The translations under genes were made by a program, and so were the position numbers. 17,239 nt of DNA from Armatimonadota bacterium (GTDB lineage Bacteria; Sysuimicrobiota; Sysuimicrobiia; Sysuimicrobiales; Humicultoraceae): NCBI GenBank assembly GCA_037446215.1, contig JBBIJB010000051.1, positions 1-17,239 on the forward strand. The letters are read 5' to 3'. Under the pieces are notes generated by a model that was not told the origin of the DNA, made no database searches, and was given only the letters and a program-made list of their open reading frames with translations. Below, piece after piece: positions 9,396 through 17,239 of the stretch (positions are counted from its first letter, which is position 1; the number at the start of each line of letters is the position of its first letter).

Positions 9396-10676
9396 ATGGG
9401 CAAGGCTAGGATCGTCTACGTCATCCTGGACGGCGTTGGAGACACGCCGGTTCCACAGCTCGACGGGCGCACCCCGCTGGAGGCGGCGCAGACCCCGAAC
9501 CTGGACAGGCTTGCCGGGGCCGGCAGGCAGGGCACCGTGACGACCGTCGGCGAGGGGATAGCGCCCGAGTCCGATGTCGCGGTAATCGCGATACTCGGCT
9601 ACGACCCCATGGTCCACCACGCCGGAAGGGGACCCCTGGAGGCGCTGGGCGCGGGGCTCGCGTTCGCCGGAGGAGACCTGGCGCTGCGGGGCAACTTCGC
9701 CACCGGCGGCGACGGCCGGTCTATCCTGGACCGCCGCGTGGGCCGCAACCTCTCCTCCGAGGAGGCGGCGGAGCTGGCCGAGGCGGTCACGGCGCAGATG
9801 GCGCTCGAGAGCGAGCCGGTCTCGGTTACCGTGGGGGCCACGATCGGCCACCGCTGCGCCGTGGTCTTCCATCCAAGGGAAGGGGCCCTGAGCGCGCAGG
9901 TATCCAACACCGACCCGGCCTACGCGCGCATCGGCGGGATGGGCGTGGCTAAGGCCATCTTCAAGGACGAGGTGGAGGAGTGCGTGACGCTGGACGACTC
10001 GCCCGATGCCCGAAGGGCGGCCGCGGTCGTGAACGAGTTCACGAGGAAGGCACGCGCCATACTCGATGCCCATCCGGTGAACGCTCGCCGCAGGGCGGAG
10101 GGTCGGCTGCCGGCCAACCTGATCCTCCTGCGTGACGGGGGAGATCACCTTCCCCAGATCCCGACGATCGGCCAGCGGTTCGGGATCCACATGGGGTGCT
10201 TCGTCGAGATGCCCGTGGAGCGCGGCATCGCTCGCTTCCTCGGCATGGGGATCGTGGAGGTCTCTTCGCCCGCGGGGGCCTCGCGGGCCGAGGTCTACAG
10301 GACATGGGCACGGCGCGCCGCCGAGGTGCTGCCCGACTACGACGCCCTGTACATACACATCAAGGGTCCGGACGAGCCCGGCCACGACGGCGACTACGCC
10401 CTCAAGCAGCGGGTGATCGAGGAGATAGACGAGCACTTCTTCGGCCCGCTGCTCGCCGCCACCGATCCCTCGACCACCCTGATAGCGGTCACCGCGGACC
10501 ACGCGACGCCCTGCGAGGCGCGCGGCCACTCCGCCGATCCGGTGCCGCTGCTCATCAGCGGGGGGAGGACGGAGCCCGACGGCGCAGGCCGCTACTGCGA
10601 GGCCTCCGCGGCGCGAGGGTCGCTCGGGCACATGAGAGGGGTAGAGATAATGCCCCTGCTCGTCGAGGCGAGATAG
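9396..10676 (+). CDS. apgM: cofactor-independent phosphoglycerate mutase, ApgM (archaeal-type) family
   Basis: DGVGD, TPLEAA.TPNLD, ESDVA (phospho-Ser), DEPGHDG, TADHATP, HSADPVP metal-binding motifs; RBS GGAGGT. Confidence 0.85.
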   Translation: MGKARIVYVILDGVGDTPVPQLDGRTPLEAAQTPNLDRLAGAGRQGTVTTVGEGIAPESDVAVIAILGYDPMVHHAGRGPLEALGAGLAFAGGDLALRGNFATGGDGRSILDRRVGRNLSSEEAAELAEAVTAQMALESEPVSVTVGATIGHRCAVVFHPREGALSAQVSNTDPAYARIGGMGVAKAIFKDEVEECVTLDDSPDARRAAAVVNEFTRKARAILDAHPVNARRRAEGRLPANLILLRDGGDHLPQIPTIGQRFGIHMGCFVEMPVERGIARFLGMGIVEVSSPAGASRAEVYRTWARRAAEVLPDYDALYIHIKGPDEPGHDGDYALKQRVIEEIDEHFFGPLLAATDPSTTLIAVTADHATPCEARGHSADPVPLLISGGRTEPDGAGRYCEASAARGSLGHMRGVEIMPLLVEAR

Positions 10677-10681
10677 CCGGG

Positions 10682-11224
10682 ATGGAGCGTGGCGGGCCGG
10701 GCGGGCCGATCCCCAACCTCTGGTCGGGAAGCTGCTTCGGCTGCTCCCCCTCCAACCGGCACGGCCTGCGGCTCCGCTTCTGGCACTCCGAGGGTGGCTG
10801 CTACACCCGGACCACTCTGCCCGAGCACCTGTGCGGGTTCGACGGGGTCACCCACGGGGGGATCGTGGCAGCGCTTCTCGACGAGGTAAGCGCCTGGGCG
10901 GTCATGGCGCGACTGGGCAGGATGGGCGTCACCCGCGAGATCACGGTCCGATACCTGCGGCCGGTCCCGACCGGGCGGGAGCTGGTAGCGGAGGCGCGGG
11001 TCGCCGGCAGCGACGAGCGAAGCGCGACGGTGCGTGCTACGATCAGGCTGGCAGGCGAGGGCTCAGCGCAGGAGCCGGGGCTCGCGCTCGCCGAGTGCGT
11101 GAGCACGTGGGCGCTGCCCAGGCTCGCCAACGTGGCGAGGATAGTGGGAGCGGATGAAGCTGCCCTCAAGGCCTTCATGGAGAGCATCGCCGCGGGGCGC
11201 GCCCAGGGCGGGGCCGCCGAGTAG
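10682..11224 (+). CDS. PaaI-family (hotdog-fold) thioesterase
   Basis: CFGC..N..GL N-terminus, HGGIVAALLDE, VRYLRPVP; ATG 5 nt after the apgM stop. Confidence 0.8.
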   Translation: MERGGPGGPIPNLWSGSCFGCSPSNRHGLRLRFWHSEGGCYTRTTLPEHLCGFDGVTHGGIVAALLDEVSAWAVMARLGRMGVTREITVRYLRPVPTGRELVAEARVAGSDERSATVRATIRLAGEGSAQEPGLALAECVSTWALPRLANVARIVGADEAALKAFMESIAAGRAQGGAAE

Positions 11225-11873
11225 ACTCCGACTCCGCCCTGTTGGGGCACGGCGGGATCCGGCTTCCCGGTGGCCTGGGGAGACGCTCCTGTTCAAGGCG
11301 GCGCATCTGGCCGCCCGGGTGCTGCTCAGGCTCCTATTCGACCTAAGGCTGACCGGCGCGCGCGAGCTGCCTGGTGGCCCGGCGGTGGTCGTCGCGAACC
11401 ACCCGAGCGCGACCGATCCCATCTTCCTGGCGGTGGCGCTGCCCGAGCGGATCCTGTTCCTTGGCGCCGCGGAGTACCTCTCCTGGCCCCTGGTGGGATG
11501 GGTGATGCGCGCCTACGGCTGCATCCCGCTGCGGCGGGGCGCTGTCGACTCTCACGCGATCAGGGAGGCCCTCGATGCGCTGGCGTCGGGCCGGCGCCTG
11601 GCCGTCTTCCCCGAAGGGCGGATAACACCCAAGCCCGGGCCGGGCCGCCGCGGTGCCGCGCTCATCGCATCACGGGCGCGGGTCCCCATGGTGCCTGTGG
11701 CGCTGATCGGGACGGGCCGCGTCTTCCCCCTGGGCGCCCGCCTTCCCAGGCCGGGCCGTGTCGAGGTACGGATCGGCCCCGCGCTGCCGCCCCCGGGCGA
11801 GAGCCGGGCCGCTCAGGAGGAGGCCACCGCGCTTGCGATGGCCTGGATAGCGCGGCAGGCCGCGCCTACCTGA
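11154..11873 (+). CDS. lysophospholipid acyltransferase (PlsC-like); start uncertain
   Basis: NHPSATD (HxxxxD), FPEG, VPMVPVAL motifs; recognisable domain begins at about 11285. Confidence 0.75.
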   Translation: MKLPSRPSWRASPRGAPRAGPPSRLRLRPVGARRDPASRWPGETLLFKAAHLAARVLLRLLFDLRLTGARELPGGPAVVVANHPSATDPIFLAVALPERILFLGAAEYLSWPLVGWVMRAYGCIPLRRGAVDSHAIREALDALASGRRLAVFPEGRITPKPGPGRRGAALIASRARVPMVPVALIGTGRVFPLGARLPRPGRVEVRIGPALPPPGESRAAQEEATALAMAWIARQAAPT

Positions 11874-13119
11874 GCCAGAAGAGGTACAGCATCAGGTGCG
11901 CGGTTCCCACCGCCACGAGCGTGAAAGGCACGCTGATCCTCATGTAGGCCCCGAGCGGAACCTTGTAGCCGTGCTTCTCCAGGAAGCCGCAGGCGAAGAC
12001 GTTGGCGGTCGCGCCCACCGGCGTGATGTTGCCGCCGCTGCCCGTCCCGATCAGCATGCCGAACAGCAGCGGCCAGGCGCTCATGCCGAGCAGCTTCGCG
12101 AGATCCTGCGCCACCGGGATCATCAGCACCGTGAACGGAACGTTGTCCACGAAGGACGAGGCCGCCACCGACATCCAGACCATCGCCGCCATCGCAAGGC
12201 CCGGGCTGTTCAACCCCGCCCGGTAGAGCAGCCCCGCGAACTCGCCCAGCAGACCCGTTGAGCGCATCGAGTGGACCACTATGAAGATGCCCATTATGAA
12301 CGCGAAAGAATTCCAGTCGAACTCAACAAACATGTCCCGGAAGCGCCTCCGGTTGAGCCACAGCGCGATGATCCCCGCGCCCAGCCCCACGATCCCCGGC
12401 GAGAGGCCGCGCTCGTGCCCGAACCCGAGTATCGCGACCGAGACCACGAACAGGACGCTCGCCCCGTAGGTGATGGGCGTCTCCTCCGTCGGGAGGTCTA
12501 TCCTGCGCGTCGCCTTCCTGAACTGCCAGAGCAGCGTCAGCAGCGCCGCCGCCACCGCCACCACGGTCAGCGTGCCGAGCCCCGGGCGCCCCAGGAACCA
12601 GTAGAAGTCCTTGAACTTCAGCCCGGTCTCGATCGCCAGGATTATCGAGGGGGGGTCGGCCACCATCGTGACCGTGGTGACGACGTTGGAGGCTATCCCG
12701 ATCGTGACCATGTAGGGGAAGAGGGAGCTACCCAGGCGCCTGCTTATCGTCAGCGCTATCGGCGCCATCATCAGGACCACGCCGACGTTCTCCATCCAGA
12801 CCGAGAGCGCCGCGGTCGCCGAGGCGAGGTAGAGGATGGCGTGCTTCTCGGTGTGGGCGACACGCATGATCCGCTCGGCGAGCAGCGTCGGGACCCCGCT
12901 GTCCATGAAGGCAATGGAGACCATCATGAACCCCCAGTAGATCCCGAGCACGTCCCACTTCAGCGCCTGGGTCACGACCTCGTGGGGGGTGAGGATCCGC
13001 AGCAGGATCAACAGCAGGGCGGCGGTCCCGGAGATGTACGCGATCTTGATCCGGCGGCTCATCGCGAGCGCGTAGGTGGTGACGAATATCGCCAGCGCTA
13101 CGATCTGGACCAGGGTCAC
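11866..13119 (-). CDS. ArsB/NhaD (ion transporter superfamily) membrane permease, 417 aa
   Basis: Many hydrophobic helices; ENVGVVLMMAP, MVADPPSII, SSFVDNVPF, GGNITPVGATANV motifs; RBS GGAGGG before GTG at 13119. Confidence 0.85.
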   Translation of the reverse strand: MTLVQIVALAIFVTTYALAMSRRIKIAYISGTAALLLILLRILTPHEVVTQALKWDVLGIYWGFMMVSIAFMDSGVPTLLAERIMRVAHTEKHAILYLASATAALSVWMENVGVVLMMAPIALTISRRLGSSLFPYMVTIGIASNVVTTVTMVADPPSIILAIETGLKFKDFYWFLGRPGLGTLTVVAVAAALLTLLWQFRKATRRIDLPTEETPITYGASVLFVVSVAILGFGHERGLSPGIVGLGAGIIALWLNRRRFRDMFVEFDWNSFAFIMGIFIVVHSMRSTGLLGEFAGLLYRAGLNSPGLAMAAMVWMSVAASSFVDNVPFTVLMIPVAQDLAKLLGMSAWPLLFGMLIGTGSGGNITPVGATANVFACGFLEKHGYKVPLGAYMRISVPFTLVAVGTAHLMLYLFWLR

Positions 13120-13168
13120 GGTAGTGGCACCCTCCCTCTCTCGGCCTCCGCGGCGGGACCCTCCCCGG

Positions 13169-13549
13169 TCATCTGAGCCAGAACAGCGCCAGGAGGAGGC
13201 GTGCGGTGCCAACGGCGACCAGTGTGAAGGGGATGCTCACCTTCAGGTAGGCCCCGAGCAGCCCTGTGGACTGCATCGAGTAGGTTACCACGAAGGTCCC
13301 CACGATGAAGGCGAACGAGTTCCAGTCGAACTCGACGAACAGAAACGGAGACCATCATGAACCCCGGTAGATCCCGAGCACGTCCCACCGCAGCGCCTGG
13401 GTGAGTACCTCGTGGGGGGTGAGGATCCGGAGCACCATCAGCAGGAGCGCCGCTGTGCCTGAGACGTAGGCGATCTTCACGCGCCGCCCGACCGCCGGCA
13501 CGTAGGTGATCACGAAGATCGTGAGGGCGATGATCTGCGTCGTGGTCAC
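13169..13549 (-). pseudogene. internally deleted, frameshifted paralog of the adjacent permease
   Basis: Three colinear pieces match the intact gene's N-terminus (QIIALTIF...WDVLGIY), middle (EFDWNSFAF...STGLLG) and C-terminus (GAYLKVSIPFTLVAVGTA...FWLR-stop); 1-nt frameshift gives a stop at 13355-13357. Confidence 0.9.
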
Positions 13550-13863
13550 TGAGAAGGCACCCTCCCCGCCGGTCGGTCGCCCCGCAACACTTCCTGACGC
13601 TACCAGGGGCGCACGACGCCGTCAACAAGGCCGCACGGTCCGGGAGCGGGCCCCCAGGAGGAACCCCACCATCATCGGGGCGGGCTGACGATCGAGGGGC
13701 CGCGGACCTTCAACGTCAGGGCGCCCGTCCTGCTTCCGGCCGACCTGCGCAGCCCCCTGCACACCGCTGATCGCGGCGCTCGGCCGGATGATCAAGGGGG
13801 TGGACGTCACCCGCGAGGAGGCGGTTCGGGCGCTCGTCGATGAGATAGAGGCGCGCCGCCGCT

Positions 13864-14973
13864 TCAAGCGCGTATCGGGCACCTCGGCGGTGGGGCGTCG
13901 CCTGAGCGAAGCGTGACGCTCTCCAGGCACTCCTCCGGGTTGCAGCAGGTGTAGCAGACCCGCTTCAGGCTCCTGACCCCGAGCAGCTCTATACCGGGTG
14001 TGCGGAACCCTTCCTTGACCGGCTCTTCCCTCAGCAGGTCGGTGCTCAGGTACTTCTTGTTGTCGTCCGCGAAGACCGTCACCACCGCCGCCTCCGGCCC
14101 GAGGCTCTCCTGTACCGCCAGCGCCCCGAGGAAGTTGGCGCCGGACGAGATCCCGACGCCCAGGCCGAGCTCGCGCGCCAGCTTCTGCGCCATAAGGATC
14201 GCATCGCCGTCGTCCACCCCCAGCACGCCGTCGAGGAATCCAAGGTCGAGAATCGGAGGGATGAACTCGTCGGAGATACCCTGGATCCTGTGCCGGCCTA
14301 CCTTGTGGCCGGTCGACAGGGTGGGGGAGCTCGCCGGCTCGAGCGCGTAGAGCTTCGTCTGCGGGCGCCTCTCCCGAAGGTACCTCCCCGTCCCCATTAT
14401 CGTCCCTCCGGTTCCCACGCCCGCGACGAGGGCGTCCGGTGCGAGCGACCGGAACTGCATCTGCCACCAGATCTCAGGACCGGTGGTCATGTAGTGGGCC
14501 TCGCTGTTGTCCTGGTTGGAGAACTGCCTGGGCAGGAACGCGCCCCGCGGAGAGGCGGCCATCTCCTCCGCGAGCCGGATGCTGCCCAGGAATCCCCCCT
14601 GCTCCTTGCTCACCAGGGAGATCTCGGCGCCCAGGCTGCGGATGAGGTCTATCCTCTCGCGGCTGAGCCAGTCGGGCATGAAGATCGTCACCGGATGCCC
14701 GAGTGCCCGGCCGATCGCCGCGAAGGCGATGCCGGTGTTGCCGCTGGTTGCCTCGACTATCCGGTCGCCCCGCCGCAGCGCGCCCTTGGCGTAGCCCTGC
14801 ATGATTATGTGGTAGGCCATCCGATCCTTGATGCTGCCTGTCATGTTGAGGTGCTCGGCCTTGGCGTAGAGCGTGCGCCGCCGCCCGGCGCAGGCGAAAT
14901 CGATCGCCAGGAGGGGGGTGTTGCCTATCATGCTCGACAGATCACGAATGCGGGGGAAGCTCTCTTCGCTCAA
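13864..14973 (-). CDS. PLP-dependent cysteine synthase family protein with Cys-rich C-terminal extension
   Basis: [59 protein letters not shown] before TTG. Confidence 0.88.
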   Translation of the reverse strand: MSEESFPRIRDLSSMIGNTPLLAIDFACAGRRRTLYAKAEHLNMTGSIKDRMAYHIIMQGYAKGALRRGDRIVEATSGNTGIAFAAIGRALGHPVTIFMPDWLSRERIDLIRSLGAEISLVSKEQGGFLGSIRLAEEMAASPRGAFLPRQFSNQDNSEAHYMTTGPEIWWQMQFRSLAPDALVAGVGTGGTIMGTGRYLRERRPQTKLYALEPASSPTLSTGHKVGRHRIQGISDEFIPPILDLGFLDGVLGVDDGDAILMAQKLARELGLGVGISSGANFLGALAVQESLGPEAAVVTVFADDNKKYLSTDLLREEPVKEGFRTPGIELLGVRSLKRVCYTCCNPEECLESVTLRSGDAPPPRCPIRA

Positions 14974-14999
14974 CGGTCGTCTCCCTTTGTATGGACTGA

Positions 15000-16055
15000 C
15001 TAGACGAGCTCCCTGTTCCGAAGCCGCTCCTGCTCCCAGGCCGCGAAGTCGACGGGCGGCCGGACGATCTCGGCCTCGGGCCTACGCCGGAGGATCGCGG
15101 CCCCGGTGGTGCATCCCGTCACGCACAGGCCGCAGCCGATGCAGCGCGGCCGGTCCACCGCCGAAAGCCCGTCGCTCGTGGCGATCGCACGAACCTGGCA
15201 TCGCGCCTCGCAGGTTCCGCACCCGGCGCAGAGCTCGGGATCCACCTCCGCGTAGTAGGCGGCGTAGGCGACCGCGTTCGAGACCCCCCACTCCGTGATC
15301 CCGCGCAGCAGCGTGCAGCAGCAGCCGCAGCAGTTGCAGACGTAGCCCACGCCCTCGATCACGTTGCTCACCGTGTGGACCAGGCCGACCTCCTCGCTCT
15401 GCTCGAGGATCGAGAGCGCCTCCTCGCGGGATATGTCGCCTTCTCTCGGAGGGCGCTCGCCGATCGAGAAGCTCAGGCAGTTGTTGGTCGGGAAGTCGCA
15501 GCTCCTGCCCAGGCGGGCCGTCTGCGCCCGGCAGATGCAGCCGCGCACCGCGAACACCTTCGCGGACTCCAGGATCGCCCTGACGTCGTCGTAGGGGAGG
15601 ACCCACTCCGCCCGGACCGCTCCGTGCGCGGGCACCACGCGGTGCAGCGCCGGCTGCGGCTTCATTATGCCCACTGCGCCCCCGTCGGCCAGGTAGTCCT
15701 CCACCAGCCGTGCCAGCTCCTCGTCCAGGTTGCCGAACTGCGCCTCGTAGATCCCGACCACGAAGGGGGCCAGGCGAAACCGCCCACCGGCCTCCTTCTT
15801 GTCGAACCACGCCAGGCCTCGGCGGGCCATCTGGATCAGCCTCGCCCTCGCCTCCTCGGATGGCATCTCCAGGCGGCGTGCGATCTCCTCGGTCGGCTCC
15901 ATCCTGCCGGAAAGGCCGGACGCGAGCCAGGCCTCCTCCGGGGAGAAGATCTTCTGCAGGATCCGGATCTCGGCCCGGCCCGGTGTCCTCGGGAAGCCGT
16001 TCGGGAGCCTGTCGAGGGCCTCCGCCAGCCGCTCGTAGACTGCCTCGTCCGTCAT
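15000..16055 (-). CDS. 4Fe-4S dicluster protein with probable N-terminal HTH-like region
   Basis: [20 protein letters not shown] and two ferredoxin motifs [11 protein letters not shown] and [19 protein letters not shown]. Confidence 0.85.
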   Translation of the reverse strand: MTDEAVYERLAEALDRLPNGFPRTPGRAEIRILQKIFSPEEAWLASGLSGRMEPTEEIARRLEMPSEEARARLIQMARRGLAWFDKKEAGGRFRLAPFVVGIYEAQFGNLDEELARLVEDYLADGGAVGIMKPQPALHRVVPAHGAVRAEWVLPYDDVRAILESAKVFAVRGCICRAQTARLGRSCDFPTNNCLSFSIGERPPREGDISREEALSILEQSEEVGLVHTVSNVIEGVGYVCNCCGCCCTLLRGITEWGVSNAVAYAAYYAEVDPELCAGCGTCEARCQVRAIATSDGLSAVDRPRCIGCGLCVTGCTTGAAILRRRPEAEIVRPPVDFAAWEQERLRNRELV

Positions 16056-16082
16056 TGCCGCCTCCTATGCCGCCCAGGGCCG

Positions 16083-16736
16083 TCAGGAACCAGTCTTTGC
16101 CCCGCACTCGCCGCAGAACTTCGCGCCGGGGTTGAGCTTGGCACCGCACTGAGCGCAGTTGGCCTGGGCCTGTATCTTGGCCCCGCATTCCGCGCAGAAC
16201 TTCACCCCCCCTGGTAGGGGAGCGTTGCACTGGGGGCAGGTGGCACGCACGCCCTGCCGCCAACTCGCCTCCTTGAGTATCTCCCTGTCTTCCTCGGCCA
16301 TCTTAGAGTGGGCCCAGATCTCCTCGACCGTGCGGCTGGCCTGCGCTGCGGCCGCCTCCACGCCCAGGTCCGGAGCACACCCCTTGCACAGGCCCTTCTG
16401 GGTGCTCCAGCAGCCCTTGCGGCAGACCCAGCCGGAGCAGCGCGGGCACTGTATGAAATCGGGCCTGAGTTCCTCCATCGCACTGGCGAACGCCTCGTCG
16501 TGGGCCTTCTCCCAGGTCGCCGAGCGCGCCCTCTCGCCGAGATCCGCGGCCCGCCCGAGCAGTCCACCGAACAGGCTGCTCGCCGCCTCCAGCGCGCCGG
16601 AGACCTGTCCTATGGCCGAGGCCCGAAATCGCGTGCGGTAGCCCACCCCGCAGCGGTCACAGAAGAACTCGAACTGGAAACCCTGGTTGGTGCTGAGGTC
16701 CGAGTAGTTGCGGGTGAACTCGATCTTCTCGCTCAT
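16083..16736 (-). CDS. zinc-ribbon domain protein (C-terminal double zinc ribbon)
   Basis: Eight CxxC/CxxxC pairs including CPQC, KFCAECG, CAQCG, KFCGECG; RBS GGGGGTGA favours ATG 16736. Confidence 0.82.
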   Translation of the reverse strand: MSEKIEFTRNYSDLSTNQGFQFEFFCDRCGVGYRTRFRASAIGQVSGALEAASSLFGGLLGRAADLGERARSATWEKAHDEAFASAMEELRPDFIQCPRCSGWVCRKGCWSTQKGLCKGCAPDLGVEAAAAQASRTVEEIWAHSKMAEEDREILKEASWRQGVRATCPQCNAPLPGGVKFCAECGAKIQAQANCAQCGAKLNPGAKFCGECGAKTGS

Positions 16737-16829
16737 GCCCACATCACCCCCGGCGCTGCGCCCGCGCTGCCGGCAGCCCCAATGAGGGAGAATACTGCCA
16801 GCATCGGCGAATCACCTCTCGGAAGAGTC

Positions 16830-16859
16830 TTGACAGGGGTGCCACGCCAGGTACACCAT
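16830..16859 (+). promoter_or_regulatory. putative promoter for the structured RNA / DUF3800-like gene
   Basis: Perfect TTGACA (16830-16835); imperfect -10 TACACC (16852-16857) or CACCAT (16854-16859); would start transcription at the 5' end of the structured element. Confidence 0.55.
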
Positions 16860-16860
16860 T

Positions 16861-16927
16861 GACTCGGTTGAAAGGCCGGTGATAAGAGCCCTCGGGCTCT
16901 GCCCTTCGGGGCTAGCCGGCCTGAGTT
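16861..16927 (+). ncRNA. candidate three-way-junction RNA (DUF3800-associated motif-like)
   Basis: Closing stem AGGCCGGT/GCCGGCCT (16873-16880/16915-16922); hairpins AGAGCC-CTCG-GGCTCT (16885-16900) and GCCC-TTCG-GGGC (16901-16912); basal GACTC/GAGTT pairing. Confidence 0.65.
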
Positions 16928-16948
16928 TTCCCCCTCCCCGAGTGCATC

Positions 16949-17239
16949 ATGATTCACATCTTTGCCGACGAAGCGGGCAACTTCGACTTCTCCCCCTCTG
17001 GTACTCGGTACTTCATCGTGGCTGCGGTTACCATGCACGATTGCGATGAGGGGACGCGGCTCCTTGAACTGCGGCATCGCTTGGTCTTCCAAGGGTATCC
17101 GCTTCTTGAGAATGGGTTCCATGCCACAGAAGACAAGCAAATCGTTCGAGATGCTGTTTACCCCTTGATTGCGGCGGCACAGCTTGACATTGATGCCGTC
17201 GTTCTGGACAAGCGGAAGACGCAACCAGACATCGCATCC
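16949..17239 (+). CDS. DUF3800-like protein (predicted RNase H-like fold), 5' part, runs off the window
   Basis: Own translation, open for 97 codons: MIHIFADEAGNFDFSPSGTRYFIVAAVT...GFHATEDKQIVRDAVYPLI...; FxDE(S/A)G, YF and FHA.ED..VR patterns match DUF3800 as I recall it. Missing from the ORF track because it has no stop in the window. Confidence 0.75.
   Translation, partial: MIHIFADEAGNFDFSPSGTRYFIVAAVTMHDCDEGTRLLELRHRLVFQGYPLLENGFHATEDKQIVRDAVYPLIAAAQLDIDAVVLDKRKTQPDIAS

Noticed and set aside
9309..10631. 440-aa antisense ORF and the many similar long overlapping ORFs
   Set aside because: Expected shadows of high-GC coding sequence; no recognisable motifs.
10196..10681. N-terminal extension of the thioesterase ORF
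   Set aside because: Shadow frame inside apgM; ATG 10682 follows the apgM stop.
11224..11236. Tandem GACTCC repeat
   Set aside because: Only two units; not an array.
16873..16930. Structured element read as a simple intrinsic terminator or tRNA
   Set aside because: It is branched, lies between divergent genes just after a promoter, and lacks tRNA D/T-loop consensus; an attenuator role is not fully excluded given TTTT at 16926-16929.
16733..17237. ORF-track calls at the right edge (163 aa, 60 aa and 69 aa on minus; 68 aa on plus)
   Set aside because: They overlap the better-supported DUF3800-like frame starting at 16949 and show no motifs.
1..17239. CRISPR array, tRNA/rRNA, transposase or integrase
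   Set aside because: No spaced repeats, cloverleafs or recombinase motifs were seen by eye.

Overview
GC-rich (about 70% by eye) bacterial chromosomal window. + strand: a sigma70-type promoter and an unusually short T-box leader precede thrC and a single ORF fusing homoserine kinase to an alpha/beta-type aspartate kinase. A second tightly coupled run follows: aroA, a degenerate shikimate-kinase-like domain fused to aroB, a DAHP synthase, ddl, a DapF with both catalytic Cys replaced by Ser, an ApgM-type mutase, a PaaI thioesterase and a PlsC-like acyltransferase. - strand: a zinc-ribbon protein, a 4Fe-4S protein, a cysteine-synthase-family enzyme with a Cys-rich tail, a collapsed pseudogene of an ArsB/NhaD-type transporter and its intact paralog. 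At the right edge, absent from the ORF track, a lower-GC (about 55%) DUF3800-like gene is preceded by a promoter and a compact three-way-junction RNA; this RNA-protein module is the best candidate for an uncharacterised system. Family calls come from motif recognition, not database searches.
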